Of a DNA stretch of 64,000 nucleotides, positions 38,726 to 50,831 are shown piece by piece. The stretch lies in NCBI GenBank assembly GCA_040954595.2, contig CM082598.2, forward strand, positions 9,377,097 to 9,441,096, in the 5' to 3' direction. Numbering within the stretch: the stretch's first letter is position 1; each line of letters starts with the position of its first letter. Both the position numbers and the translations under genes were made by a program. Source of the stretch: Balanoglossus misakiensis. Taxonomy: Eukaryota > Animalia > Hemichordata. Under the pieces are notes generated by a model that worked only from the letters and a program-made list of their open reading frames with translations, was not told the origin of the DNA and searched no databases.

Positions 38726-40365
38726 TACATGTAGCTAAGTAAGAAAGACACCAATAACAGTAGTTTCTGCATAGTGTATGTCAGTGTGGTATCGTCAGAT
38801 TTTGGTGGATCTTCAGTATACTTCAAGAAGATGGTATCGGTGATGATTATTTTATTCTTATTGATCCTAATTCAATCCAAAATAATGAGTATAATGTTGT
38901 GTCTGTTAGACTTGGCATTTTGTGGTTGTACTATGTAGTAGTAAAAAGTAATATAATAATAATGTTAGTGAAGCTTTAATTCAACCAGGAAAATAACACG
39001 GATTTATTTTCATCTAAACAGTCAATCACATTCATCTTTAATGTTTGTCAGAATTGGTAGCCTGAACACTATATGCATAGTTGACATTGCATTCTTTGTG
39101 ATTACGTGTACACAGTTTTGCCTGATTCCGTGTACAAAGTAGAGTAAGACGATCCATGTACCATGAGCTGTTGGTGGATACATTTATGACTGGTGTAGAT
39201 AAAAACCATTGATATGTCTAATGAATTTCTTGTTCCCTATATCTGATAATAGGTGGTATGATTGATTAGCGATGATTCGTTAGGGCATCAAGACACAAGA
39301 AGACAGTAGCAATGAACTAATCAACCACTTTTCTTAACTTTTAGCATTGCTAATAATATTTTTTACAGATGCCCTCACTGTAATATGTACAGTACTCAGT
39401 GGGCACATTTATATGATCTTTGTAACTTTATGGGGTATATACCAACTTGTATAACAGTTTTATGTAATTGTTACTTCTTAATGATCAACAGCTATGTTGA
39501 ATACCACTCTGTGTATGAGTGGATTTAATGCAGAAAAGTGTGACTACGTGTATATCACATGAGAGATAATTACTTTAATTACTTAATATGTGTATATTTC
39601 CCCATTCTGACCTGGCCAGTCAGATTTGGGGAGGGCAACACCTTGCACTCGCAAACATGACATACCTTGCACACACAAACATGACATACTGTACATGTAC
39701 CAAGCAACCACTCACACAGTGTTAATTGGTACCAAAGTAGTATAATTCTGTGAATAAGTGTTTTAGTACCCAAAGTATACAAATGCTGTGTCATTATGTG
39801 TGTTATAATAATGATTTTGATATGTGGATATGTTGAACTGACTGTTACTTGCATTGTACCATTCATTCCAGATTATTGCATTATGTAGGATTTGTATTCC
39901 AGATGTGCACCAGTATTTTAGTGTCTTTAATGTTATCCAGCCAGTTTCACCAACAGCTCATTGTCTCCCCCTCCACTTTTTGTCAAAGAAGTGAGCACGC
40001 TTTTGTATTGGAATGCAATTTACATAGCAACATTAAGAATTACTTGTGTGTAATGTCAACTATGCATATTAATAATTCTCATTTGAAAGTTCAATATTAC
40101 AAAATTCTTAGACTTACAAATTAAGATACTGATAATAATAAACATATAATAATTATTTAAGAGTATAACAAAACTAGATTAATAAACAAGAGACTATAGA
40201 TTTTGTAGAATGTCATGGGGTGAAAGTTTCTGTTTTTTGCGGGTCATTTCATTTTTCTATTTCATTCTTGTAATGTTGATGGTGATGGCAGTTTTGGTGT
40301 TACTTACTTAATTATTAATGGTTAGGGTGATGGCATCGATGGTTTAACTGATGTTGATGGCGGCC

Positions 40366-40377
40366 ATGATAATGATT

Positions 40378-40408
<31 letters not shown>

Positions 40409-40467
40409 CGAAAATAATATTAATGATGATGATGATGATGACGATGATGATGATGAAAATAATATTA

Positions 40468-40499
<32 letters not shown>

Positions 40500-40509
40500 A
40501 ATAATATTA

Positions 40510-40559
<50 letters not shown>

Positions 40560-40580
40560 AATAATATTAATGATGACGAC

Positions 40581-40648
<68 letters not shown>

Positions 40649-40686
40649 CGAAAATAATATTAATGATGATGATGATGATGATGATG
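40366..40686. repeat. (ATG)n microsatellite interrupted five times by AAAATAATATTA
   Basis: Seen directly; source of the poly-M and poly-I ORFs. Confidence 0.97.
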
Positions 40687-41971
40687 TTTGTCACTGAATT
40701 TTTATTGATATTGTCAAGTGACTTAAAGCCAACAGGCATCAGTTGGCAATTATGTATGATGATTTTAGGGAATAACTACTAATCAGTCCATTAATAATTT
40801 GTACAGTTTTTAGCACTGTGTAGTTTTCTTGAACTCACAACTTTGCATAAATTGTAATGACAATATTCCAGTTAGGAGCTTATCACTAGGTATAAGTATA
40901 GCTATTACAATGAACATAATAATTATGTAGAAAGATGATGACTGTCATAATTTGTTGACAAGGTAGAATTTTTAGTCCCTCACGGGACTGTAATGGACAA
41001 TTAGCACTGGTTTATGTTTATTTCATGGAAGTAAAGATAGTTTTATGTTTTATAAGCGTTAAAGCCTATTGGTTAAATGAGATCCTACAGTTTTAAAAAT
41101 TGATAATGTGCATCAGCTAGATAACTAAATAACAGATGTAAGGCTCAACACAATGTAAGCATACCATAGGTAATATAAAAATGTACCTCCTAGTCTTTGA
41201 TAATAAATGAAGTAATATTTATTATTTATTATTTTTTGCAGGTGTTGGAGTATGTTAGCAGCCAAGTTGAAGTCCATAGCAGTCAGTTATAATTGTCTAT
41301 TTACACATTTTTTTCTCATTAGTTTCAGATTTCCATGATGCAAAATATCCTCCAGTCCAGACGCTAAATTGGTAACCAGGTAACATGATTCCTGTGTTGT
41401 GAGTATGCAAATGAATTTGTGTGAGCAGCCATTCAAGTACATTCCATCCCTAAACCACAATGAAAATCTGAATGTCACAAAAAGCCGAGATTTGTTTTAA
41501 GGTGTCAATCACCTACTCTGTAGAACCGGAGCATTATATGGCTTGCAGTCATGTGACACCTCTCTGCGTTGCTTGTGTTTTCCTCATCACTTTGTACTAG
41601 TTGCTTTGTATTTTCATCAATAAATCTTCACTGTATTGGCGATTCTCCAGAACTAAAAACAACCGTACACCCAGCAAGAATTAATTGAAGTATATTACAT
41701 CCATAAACCAAAATGAAAATCTGAATGTCACAAAAAGCCAAGATTTGTCCAAATGATCATGCAAAACAATATAGCGTCTTGTATTGAGCATGAAGTCAAG
41801 AGATCATCTGTCCATAGATACATTACACTGTTTACAATATTCGACACAAAAATACTGATGACATATTTTCATTTTAGCAGATAACAATTTCTCTCTGATG
41901 ATCAACATCTGCCAGCCTAGATCTGTATGCATGCCTTAAGTAGCCAAGCAGAGTTCAAAGGTAACATTTAA

Positions 41972-42988
41972 CCCTATGCAACCCAGAGTGTCCCCAGGGG
42001 GGAGTGGCCAAAGCGCATGAACATTCCAGAACTTCCAGTTTTCAAGAAGTGTGTGATACGTAATGGTTTCCTGTGAAATTCGCTCTATCAGTTTCTAGTG
42101 ATGTATTAAACGTCTGTTAGGCTATCTTGAACTTTTGTTGCCATCGGCAATTGAAATCTCTGGGGATGCTAGGATGCTGCCAACTATTTTTAGTTCATTT
42201 ATTCACGACATTTGTTTATAGAACTGAATTTACCTACCACGAATTTTGTGAGAAAAACTATGGCAAATGCCAAAATAATAAGATTTTTTCTTGATGATGA
42301 CGATAAGGAAGAATTTGAAAATGTTGAAACTGCTAGTGACTTTGATGTACATGTACAGGAGCTGGATGTGGGAAGTTTTGAATTTTGAGGTGGCAGTCGT
42401 TGAACTCTAACTCAGGCGATTTGCACAACATTCCTTGAATTTTTGGCTCCGAAGTGTAACCGGAGGAGTCTGTCAAGTTGGGTATGAGCTACTACTTCCG
42501 TCCGTCAACTACTTCCGTCTGTCAAGAATTCATACCATTTTCTAGTAGGGGTGTGGAGATTTATGTTTTTAGTGGTGGTGTGTAGCTTTGAGGTGTTGAG
42601 GAAGAATTGGAACAGTGACAGAAATCGGAACGGATTAGCCAGCAGTGTTTTCGCTACCCGCTCGCCAAATCGCAAATACGAGAAAAAGGTTGTGTTTGGC
42701 GAGACGATTTTCATACAAATTAGCCAAACTTGTGAAGTACTGCTATCTAACATCGTCCTTTGTTTTGCCATTATAAACTTGCCATGATGAGTGCACTACA
42801 ACGCCTAAAAGTGGACCGCTGTTATGTTCATTGAACATCACCCCCCTGTATCATAAACATCGCAAGGCAACTCATTGAATTCAGCTCTTCCAGCTAGTGG
42901 CTGCACTGGCTTGATTTCCTGTATGTGTCTCTGGGGACGCAAAAAATGCATGTATGCGTCTTTTACTAATTTGCATATTTTGAATGGG
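41972..42988. mobile_element. Degenerate piggyBac-like element
   Basis: TTAA|CCCT start and GGG|TTAG end; subterminal GTCCCCAG / CTGGGGAC IR; broken acidic-rich ORF remnant near 42260. Confidence 0.4.
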
Positions 42989-43574
42989 TTAGGTCTGCCT
43001 TGACTTGAACGCGTCAAGTGTACAGGTAGTTATGGAAGTTTCTTTTTAGAACCACTAGTCTGTCAGCCCAACCAGCAAAAAAAGGTTCTAGAAATGTCAT
43101 TATGTTGTATAGGAGTTTTGTACTACATGAAATTAGCTGGAATCAGGTCTCTTCTACTGAAAATGATGGACCAGAGAGCAATGACTATTTATGTTCACAA
43201 CTGCTATGCTCCCATCAACTGGGGAAAGTAAATGATTGAACTTTCTGTTTGAACAATTCATATATTTTTTTGCTAACACCTACACTACTATAGTCAGCAC
43301 ATGGCATTACCTATATACTTGAAAATGGAGAACTTTTTATCAAAACACTTCAGCTGATCTTGAATGCTGTCTGATATTTTTTTTTTCAAAATGTTTTTCT
43401 TTCACTTTTAGACTAGTACTTCTACTTGCACTGTTTTTTTTTCAAAACACATTTCTCATAGATTGCACTGGTGCAATTTGATATGACAATACACAATGAA
43501 TTCCATCAGTATAACATAAGATACAAAATCTGAGAAGGAAATGACAGAATATATTTGTGTGAGGCCATTTGTGT

Positions 43575-43810
43575 GTGCGGGCCATTTATAAGACTAAATT
43601 TAAACCAGTTATTAGAGCTCTTGACAAGTGCTTTTTCCCCCTGCCAAGCACCCACCTTATCAGGCTGCATTCAATATTACATGGGTCTATAGGGTCTATG
43701 GTGCGGGCCATTTATAAGACTAAATTTAAACCAGTTATTAGAGCTCTTGACAAGTGCTTTTTCCCCCTGCCAAGCACCCCCCTTTTCATGCTGCATTCAA
43801 TATTACATGA
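43575..43810. repeat. Tandem duplication of about 110 bp (period 126)
   Basis: GTGCGGGCCATTTATAAGACTAAATTTAAACC...CAATATTACATG occurs twice. Confidence 0.9.
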
Positions 43811-45081
43811 GCAAAACAGTTCAGCATTTCACCTTGGTGTTTGCAAATTGTTCCTTTCACCCATATACCAAACCACTATTCTCCAAACATACTGCTCGTC
43901 ATCCACTACACACTGAGAGAGCACCAAGTGTCCTTGACGCTATTTTTTAATAAATTATCGGTGTTGCTGTACATCCAGAATATAACCACAGAATACACTT
44001 CTTCTGCAAGGAGGGTGAACCTGCTTCGTCAGATTACCAATAATCTCTCTCTATATTTAATCTATACTAGACTAGATATTTTGTTAATGTTTATTCCAAG
44101 ACAAACTGTACTTGCTGAAAAAAAATTCCTTAAACAGTGTTCAAAAATATTATGTAAGGTAAAATGTACTTGCATTTTTTTTCTTTTCATAATCATTTTA
44201 GCATCATTTACTAAAAGAAATCAATGTCAGTCATTGATTTATATTTTTTTAGATGGAGTGGGAAGTTCTGGTCTCCACTGTGCATTGGTAGGCAAGTGAT
44301 CTGAGCTGCAAAGGGTTAAGCTGCAAACAGCATTAGCAGGGCATATCAGTTATTCTATAAATGTGACTTTGTCCCCAATTTCATTAAAACTTCATACATA
44401 GACAATTTACTGTGCCCCTTTTGATTCAGTATGGACAAGAGGCAGCCATCTTTTCAAAACAAAACATTTAAGTGCAGAGATATCAGTCGGACATGCTTCA
44501 ACCACACACAAAAAGAAAAGACAGACTGCAATGTCCCTTTGATGTCTTGTTTGCCTCGGCAAACAATGGCTGCAATAAACTTCAAATGTGTCAGACGCTG
44601 CAGAGACAGGTTTTGTCTCGCGTAGGCATCATTCAGTCTGGTAGCAGGGAGGGTCATTAAAGCGGCGAGATCAAAGAGATCTATTTGAATGTGAACGTCA
44701 CTGAGTGGCAGTAACGGCCAGTTCGAAAAATTTTCAAATGGAGATTTTCGGTACTACAAGTGATCGTGGTGCATCCATTTTTCTAAGACGTGTATGAAAC
44801 ACCACAGTCAATGATAGGATGATTTTTCGTGAAGTTTTAACGACGCGTTCCCGAGAAAGACAGTTTCGGTATGTTGATTGAAATTGTGGTCCTTGACTCT
44901 CAGCAAAGATTTCTTGTCTTGAAAAAAATTGGGTAGGTTAGGAAGATATTGAACTAAGTTACCGTGAAATTATAATGTTGTGAGCCGCTCCGTTGTGGAG
45001 TAATGATGGTGTAAAAATTGCCTTCGCCTTCGATGAGTAGAGCGGTGTATACCATATGTATACCACTGAACTAAATCAAGG

Positions 45082-45811
45082 CATGGAGGTACTAGAGAGA
45101 AGGAGCGAGGACGCTATTGTTTCCTATGAACCCCATGTGCGTCTTAATCTGTTTGCAGTAAACATTAGGCTCTCATCCTTTTATCACCTGATAGGCGTTC
45201 ATAAAAGCTGTGTGCTTGCGTAGATAAACAAATTACAGCTGGCATTGCGTCTCCATGATTTGCAAAGCATAAACAACCGGACCAAACTGCTGTGCCGAAC
45301 GTCTCCGCACTGGCAATTACAATGGTGAATATCGGGCATCCCACATCCCACGCGAACAAAAATACTTGCATCGGGAGGATTGGTTTTCAAAAAAAAAACA
45401 AGGAACTTATTGTTTTTTGCGGAAGTTTGCGAAAAACTCAAAATATTCATTTCAAAATCATACTTTTTGGCCGTACAAAGAAGAAAAATAATGCCACAAA
45501 TCTTCCAAGACGTCCACCTGACACGTTTCCAGTAGTGGTGACGCGTACACTGGACCCCCAGATGTAAATAACAGTCACCACGCATATGTAGTACGCTCGT
45601 CCGCGATGTGCGCATAGTGTTTTTAATACCATAGAAATATTACCCCGTAGATCTTCCAAACCCTAACTGCATAATCAGCGGTAACGCACAGTGGGTTCAA
45701 AGGACGCTATCAACACAGAAACACAAAGACTTAAAGAAGCTTATCACACTTCAGAAGAAAGGGAGTTAATCTGCTTAAAACCCTTCCTCACTCCTCTCTA
45801 GTACCTCCATG
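45082..45811. mobile_element. 730 bp P-like non-autonomous element
   Basis: TIR CATGGAGGTACTAGAGAG / CTCTCTAGTACCTCCATG; TSD ATCAAGG / GTCAAGG. Confidence 0.75.
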
Positions 45812-48185
45812 GTCAAGGCATGTTGACCTATGACGTAATGGCTCCCTTTTCAAAGCTAAGTTAACTCTCATTAGCATATTACATATGGAGTCAATTCACT
45901 ATCCCCACGCTGACTGACCTGTTACTGTCTACTATGGCACTGTAAATTGTGGTCCTTGACCCATGGCATGGATATATTCATGTCAAAATTATGAATAGAG
46001 GAGTTTAATAATGTTTCTAAAACCTGAGGGGGTTAATTTTTGTGTGGGTATGGCTGATATTTTTTTTTTTTATTTTTTAACTTCAAGGTCACTTTGAATT
46101 TCGTGATCACAATTTTGTCAGTGGAAGTTAAGAAATTCTTCTTGATAAAACTTCATGAAAAATCACATGTAGTACATTCATAGTACCAGTAATGTGCCTG
46201 GGGTGAAATAATTGTCAGAAATGGGTTGCAAGTTGCTAAACTTTCGTTGTGAAAAAAGTTGAAAAACTGTATGCAAATGAGGAATTCAAACGTTACTGGC
46301 CAGTTCAAGTGTTTGCATTGCATAATCCCCTGCTGTGTAATTACCCTCCTTGCAACCAGACTGTCATTATTGCACGATATTATGCGAGATTTGCCAGAAA
46401 ACTCTGCAGTTGTGTCATTACAGTAGTTGTAAACATGGACTCTTGACACAGCTTTGCACTCAGGACTCGACTGAAACACTACTTCACGACAACCAAATCT
46501 TAACACGTCAGGAGTCAAATGTACACTTACAACCACACAGGCTTACAGAAGACGTTTGGGCCAACTGGAATCTATTTTTTAAAAATTCGAGATTGATGAT
46601 TATATATTCAAAAATTTATCGTAAAACTATTAAAATGGTCAAAGTCACCTCTCCGATGCTCAAACTTCCTCCAATTGTCATGTTGCTGTTGTCAGTCAGC
46701 TGTAGACTTTCGTTTTATAATCGGGGAAAATTCCAGACATTGCCGAAGGAGATGTGTTCTGGAATCTTCGTACAAGCCGTAGCTGCAGGGCGATAGCTGA
46801 GACAAGCAATGGGGGGATTAGGACATGTTCTTCACACCTTTTGACAATACCGTTGCAGTTAGTCTTTCTTTTCTCTTTGTCTGTGCTTCAACTAATTCTA
46901 TTCTGATTTCATACAAGCATGACGTGCTCTTATGTATATGTCAATTTTGTCTCTGTATGATCAATGGGAATCTGACCATGTGGCCATTGTTCTGATTTTT
47001 CATGTTCCGAGCCTTTACTCAGTGTGTTACAATGTCATAATGTCATTCAATAAAACAATAAAGTGAGGTAATAGGTGCATGTATATGGATGTCATCACTT
47101 AGTTGTAATGCTGAGAGCTAAAGAGAACAACTCAAAGAAGCCATCAATTTCTTCATTGGGGTGGAGCTGACAGGAGCACATTGTTGTTTCCGCACGAATG
47201 TTGTTATATGTCTCTTACCTAGCTGGTATTTAAAATCAATACAAGGTGAGTGTAACGTGCCGTAATTTTGTGTTTATAGGGAAGAAGAGGACACATGTAG
47301 GAATTCAAAAGTCAGTGCATCAGATGCTGAGAAGTTCGACTTAAACCAACTTTGATTTCGTCGTCGTTTCAAGAACAGCCCCCACCCCCGCCCATAGGTT
47401 GCATTTGAACATTGATCAATCTCTTCCTCAGCTATTATGTTCCATATTTCAATTATTTGTAATTGTGTCATAGAGAGAGAGGGAGCTGGTTAACATTAAG
47501 GTGGTATATAAAAGGTGTATATCTCAGTATGCCAACACTGCTTTCAGTTCGCTATTGAAATAGCATATTTTCAAATGAATCTCATCCTAATGCTTTATTA
47601 CAGTCCTAAATTAGCACTACGATTTATTGAGCATAACCTGAAGGTTGTTAGGTCCTATAAACACAATAACACAATAAGCATTGCGCGTAACAAGCACTGC
47701 ATGTAAATTAATACTAACACTAGTTACTAAATGGGATACAGCAGCCTTCAGGTGTTTACCATTGAGCCTTAGAGTGCAATTGCATCAACAATTATAGAAA
47801 AAGTAAAGTTAAAATAAAGCGTAATGGTAAACAAGGGATTTCAGCATTATTTCTGTATTGGTACAAAACTTGTGTGAAACAGTTGTGTTTCGAAAGCAAA
47901 CATGACAATGAACACTAAACAACCATTGCATTGTTCAACTTAATGCTCTCTCTCTCACTACAAACTTGAATTGTCACTGTACTTAATAGGCACGATTTAC
48001 TAGTATTGTACATTTTGAAAGCATGATTTGGTAATGTAGAGGAAATAGAGGTTTTGTAATTGATTTTGAAGTATGAACATCATGTGTATATTTGGTATAG
48101 CCAGGGGGAGCTTAATGGATTGGAGTCTGGGTTTCCATCCAACAGTGGGTCACATTGATTTTTATATTGTATGATACAAAATTTG

Positions 48186-48440
48186 CATCCATTCATTCAT
48201 TCATTCATTCATTCATTCATTCATTTACTCCTTTATTTATGTGTGAAGATATGTGTATACATGTACCCTGTTATGTACCGGTATGCAATGTGATGTATAT
48301 ATGCATGTATGTATGTATGTATGTATGTTTGTTTGTTTGTTTGTAGGTACATGTATGTATGTATGTATGTATGCAAGTATGTATGTATGTATGTCGGAAA
48401 ATAGGGGGTTTGTGTGTATTGGTATGCATGTTTGTTTGTG
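48186..48440. repeat. (TTCA)n, (TATG)n and (GTTT)n microsatellites, followed by a degenerate T/G-rich tandem region to about 49010
   Basis: Seen directly. Confidence 0.85.
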
Positions 48441-50242
48441 AGTGGTGTAATTTATTTTCATTCTGTAGTGCATCTTGATGAGCAGTGACATGACTGCTCA
48501 AACCTTTCCTTATTTTTTTACGGTAAGGCAACATTTTTTGTGCAGGATTTTTGTTCGGTGTATGGGGGTTTTATGGTTGTATTGATTGTTTTGGAGTTCA
48601 ATAGTTGTGTTTGGGCATATATGATTGCCACAGTTGTATTTTTCAATTTGTATTTGAATATTCGTAATTTTTGGGTGTGTGCGAGTTCTCAGTGTCGGCT
48701 TAGTGTGATTGCCATGGTTATATTTTTGATTTCCTTTTTGAATTTTCATCATCTTTGGGTGTCTGGATGTACACTGCGTTAATTTTTTGGCATCTGTGTT
48801 GCTGTAATTAAATTTTGCGTTCATATTTCAATGTTCATGATTCTTTGCTTGTCTGGGGTTGTATAAAAATTGGTTATCTGATGAAGCAGGTTCAACTTCC
48901 TTGCAGAAGAAGTGTATTCTGTGGTTATATTCTGGCATCTGTGTTGCCATAGGTGCATTTTTGAATTCATATTTTAATTTGCATCATCTTTGATTGTCTG
49001 GGGTTGTAGTTAATTATCTGATGAAGCAGGTTCACCATCCTTGCTAAACTAGAACACTAGTCGCTTGGTGATTCTTTGTCTTTATAAAGATTCTCCATAC
49101 TGTTCATGCATTTGCTAGCTTTGGGCAAGTTTCGAATTCAGAACTGGGCTTCTGGTTTCAGTTACTGTCTACTTTGGTTACTACTGTGGAGATTCTTTCT
49201 ACTTTTCTACCTCAAGGTGAAATCTGTGTTTGGTCGCAGATGTGTATTGTGGACTACACTAACCCCCCCCCCCCCCCCCCCCCCCCCAGGATCTGACTGG
49301 CTTTGTTTTGTTCCCCTGTCCATTCATTCACTTCTTTGAATGAACCAGGTCCTGTAGACAATTACTATACTATGTACCTCCTCTCCTCACTTTACAAACC
49401 TGTTGTCTTCAATTCTTGTTGTTATGTGTTATAACCCAAGATGGATGCCTGCTGGAGGACGAGCACGACCAGCTCAAAATGCATCACGACCACGGGCCCA
49501 GCCTTATGCAAGACGGACTACTCAGACTCAATCCTGTGCCTCCACGACGCCGGATGCTTTCTCCACTGGACTTTCCGCGTATAATAAATAAAGAATATGT
49601 ATGGATGTGTGTATTTTGCGATTTTAATTTTTGAAATAAAATAAGTTTCCAAATATTTTTACTCAACATTTTAACATGCATGTCTTTCTGTGTAATTTTT
49701 CTCCAGTGTTAGGGGGGACGTCTTTAATGAAGTTTTCCCAATGGTTATAACAGATGAGAAGGTTTCAGTTTGCAATATATTTGAGAATACCATGTATGTT
49801 ATGACTATCCTGATTTGATGATGAAAAACAAATGCAATAGATCCTTCGAGTCCAGTGTAATTTCCTGGGATCAGTTCATTAGTCACTTTCCAAATGTGTG
49901 TGTAGCGTTCAAAATACTAGTATATCTGTTTTATTTTTTATGTGTTGAATTTGTCTTTGCTTAACATTGCAAACAATTGCAGTTTACAGTACAGTACTTT
50001 GTTTTAAATTGAAAATTTTCTTGATAAATGCATAAATAATGTGTTTGCAGAAGCCATTTAAATGTAATTATTTGTTTTTTACTTGAGTTGGGATGGGATA
50101 GTTAATTCGCTCATGAAATAACATGGCTTACAGGAAACACATTATTTACCCTTTTTGAAAAATACGAAATCAACATTGATTTCACTTTTTAAAATATTTT
50201 ATTTCTATATTTTATACGCTGTCAGTTTTCAGTTATTTTACA

Positions 50243-50351
50243 TAAGAATTCCCTCCCCCATTTGGGGGTCTTTAATGTAAGAATCCCCCCCCCCCATGTG
50301 GGGATCTTTAATGTAAGAATTCCCCCCCCCTCATGTGGGGGATCTTTAATG
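50243..50351. repeat. 35-38 bp minisatellite, 3 copies
   Basis: TAAGAAT-polyC-ATGTGGGGATCTTTAATG repeated. Confidence 0.85.
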
Positions 50352-50694
50352 AAGTTGCTGTAACTGTATATCTCCTCAACACCAGTATAGTTTCATGTGA
50401 TCAGCACATTAGTCACTTTTGATGCAATTACTACTGTAAAATGGGTTATTTTGAGATCGCGAAAATTTCCTGCTGCAAAAATAACCTGTTTTACAGTATA
50501 TTTCTTCAAGACCGGTTTAGTTTCATGTGATCAGCACATTAGTCACTTTTGACACAATTAGTATTCAAACTTTGATGTTTATCTTTTTTTTTCTTGCTGA
50601 TTTAATTTGAAAGTTTGTGTTTACTCGACATTATAATTAGTACTTATATTTAGTTAATTTAAAAGTATTTTGGATGAGACTTATTATACACATC

Positions 50695-50831
50695 AAAGGT
50701 ATACGGTCACCTCCAATTTATATATGCCCATCTATGTCAGAAATGGGCACCCACTGACAATCTGTGATTGGCTAGATCTCAATTTGCCATGGTTATTGTA
50801 CCTGTATTTGCATAGGTGACCGTATACCTTT
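50695..50831. mobile_element. Kolobok-like MITE; inverted relative at 53149-53342
   Basis: AAAGGTATACGGTCACCT...AGGTGACCGTATACCTTT IR. Confidence 0.6.

Noticed and set aside
40344-40782. Poly-M and poly-I ORFs (also poly-I/N, poly-S/T and poly-L/M at 57689-58030)
   Set aside because: Translations of trinucleotide microsatellites; no coding evidence.
46350-46796. 148 aa ORF with LCTQDSTETLLH, faintly like an L1/Tx1 C-terminal zinc knuckle
   Set aside because: Cys/His spacing is incomplete and there are no RT motifs; too weak to call without an HMM search.
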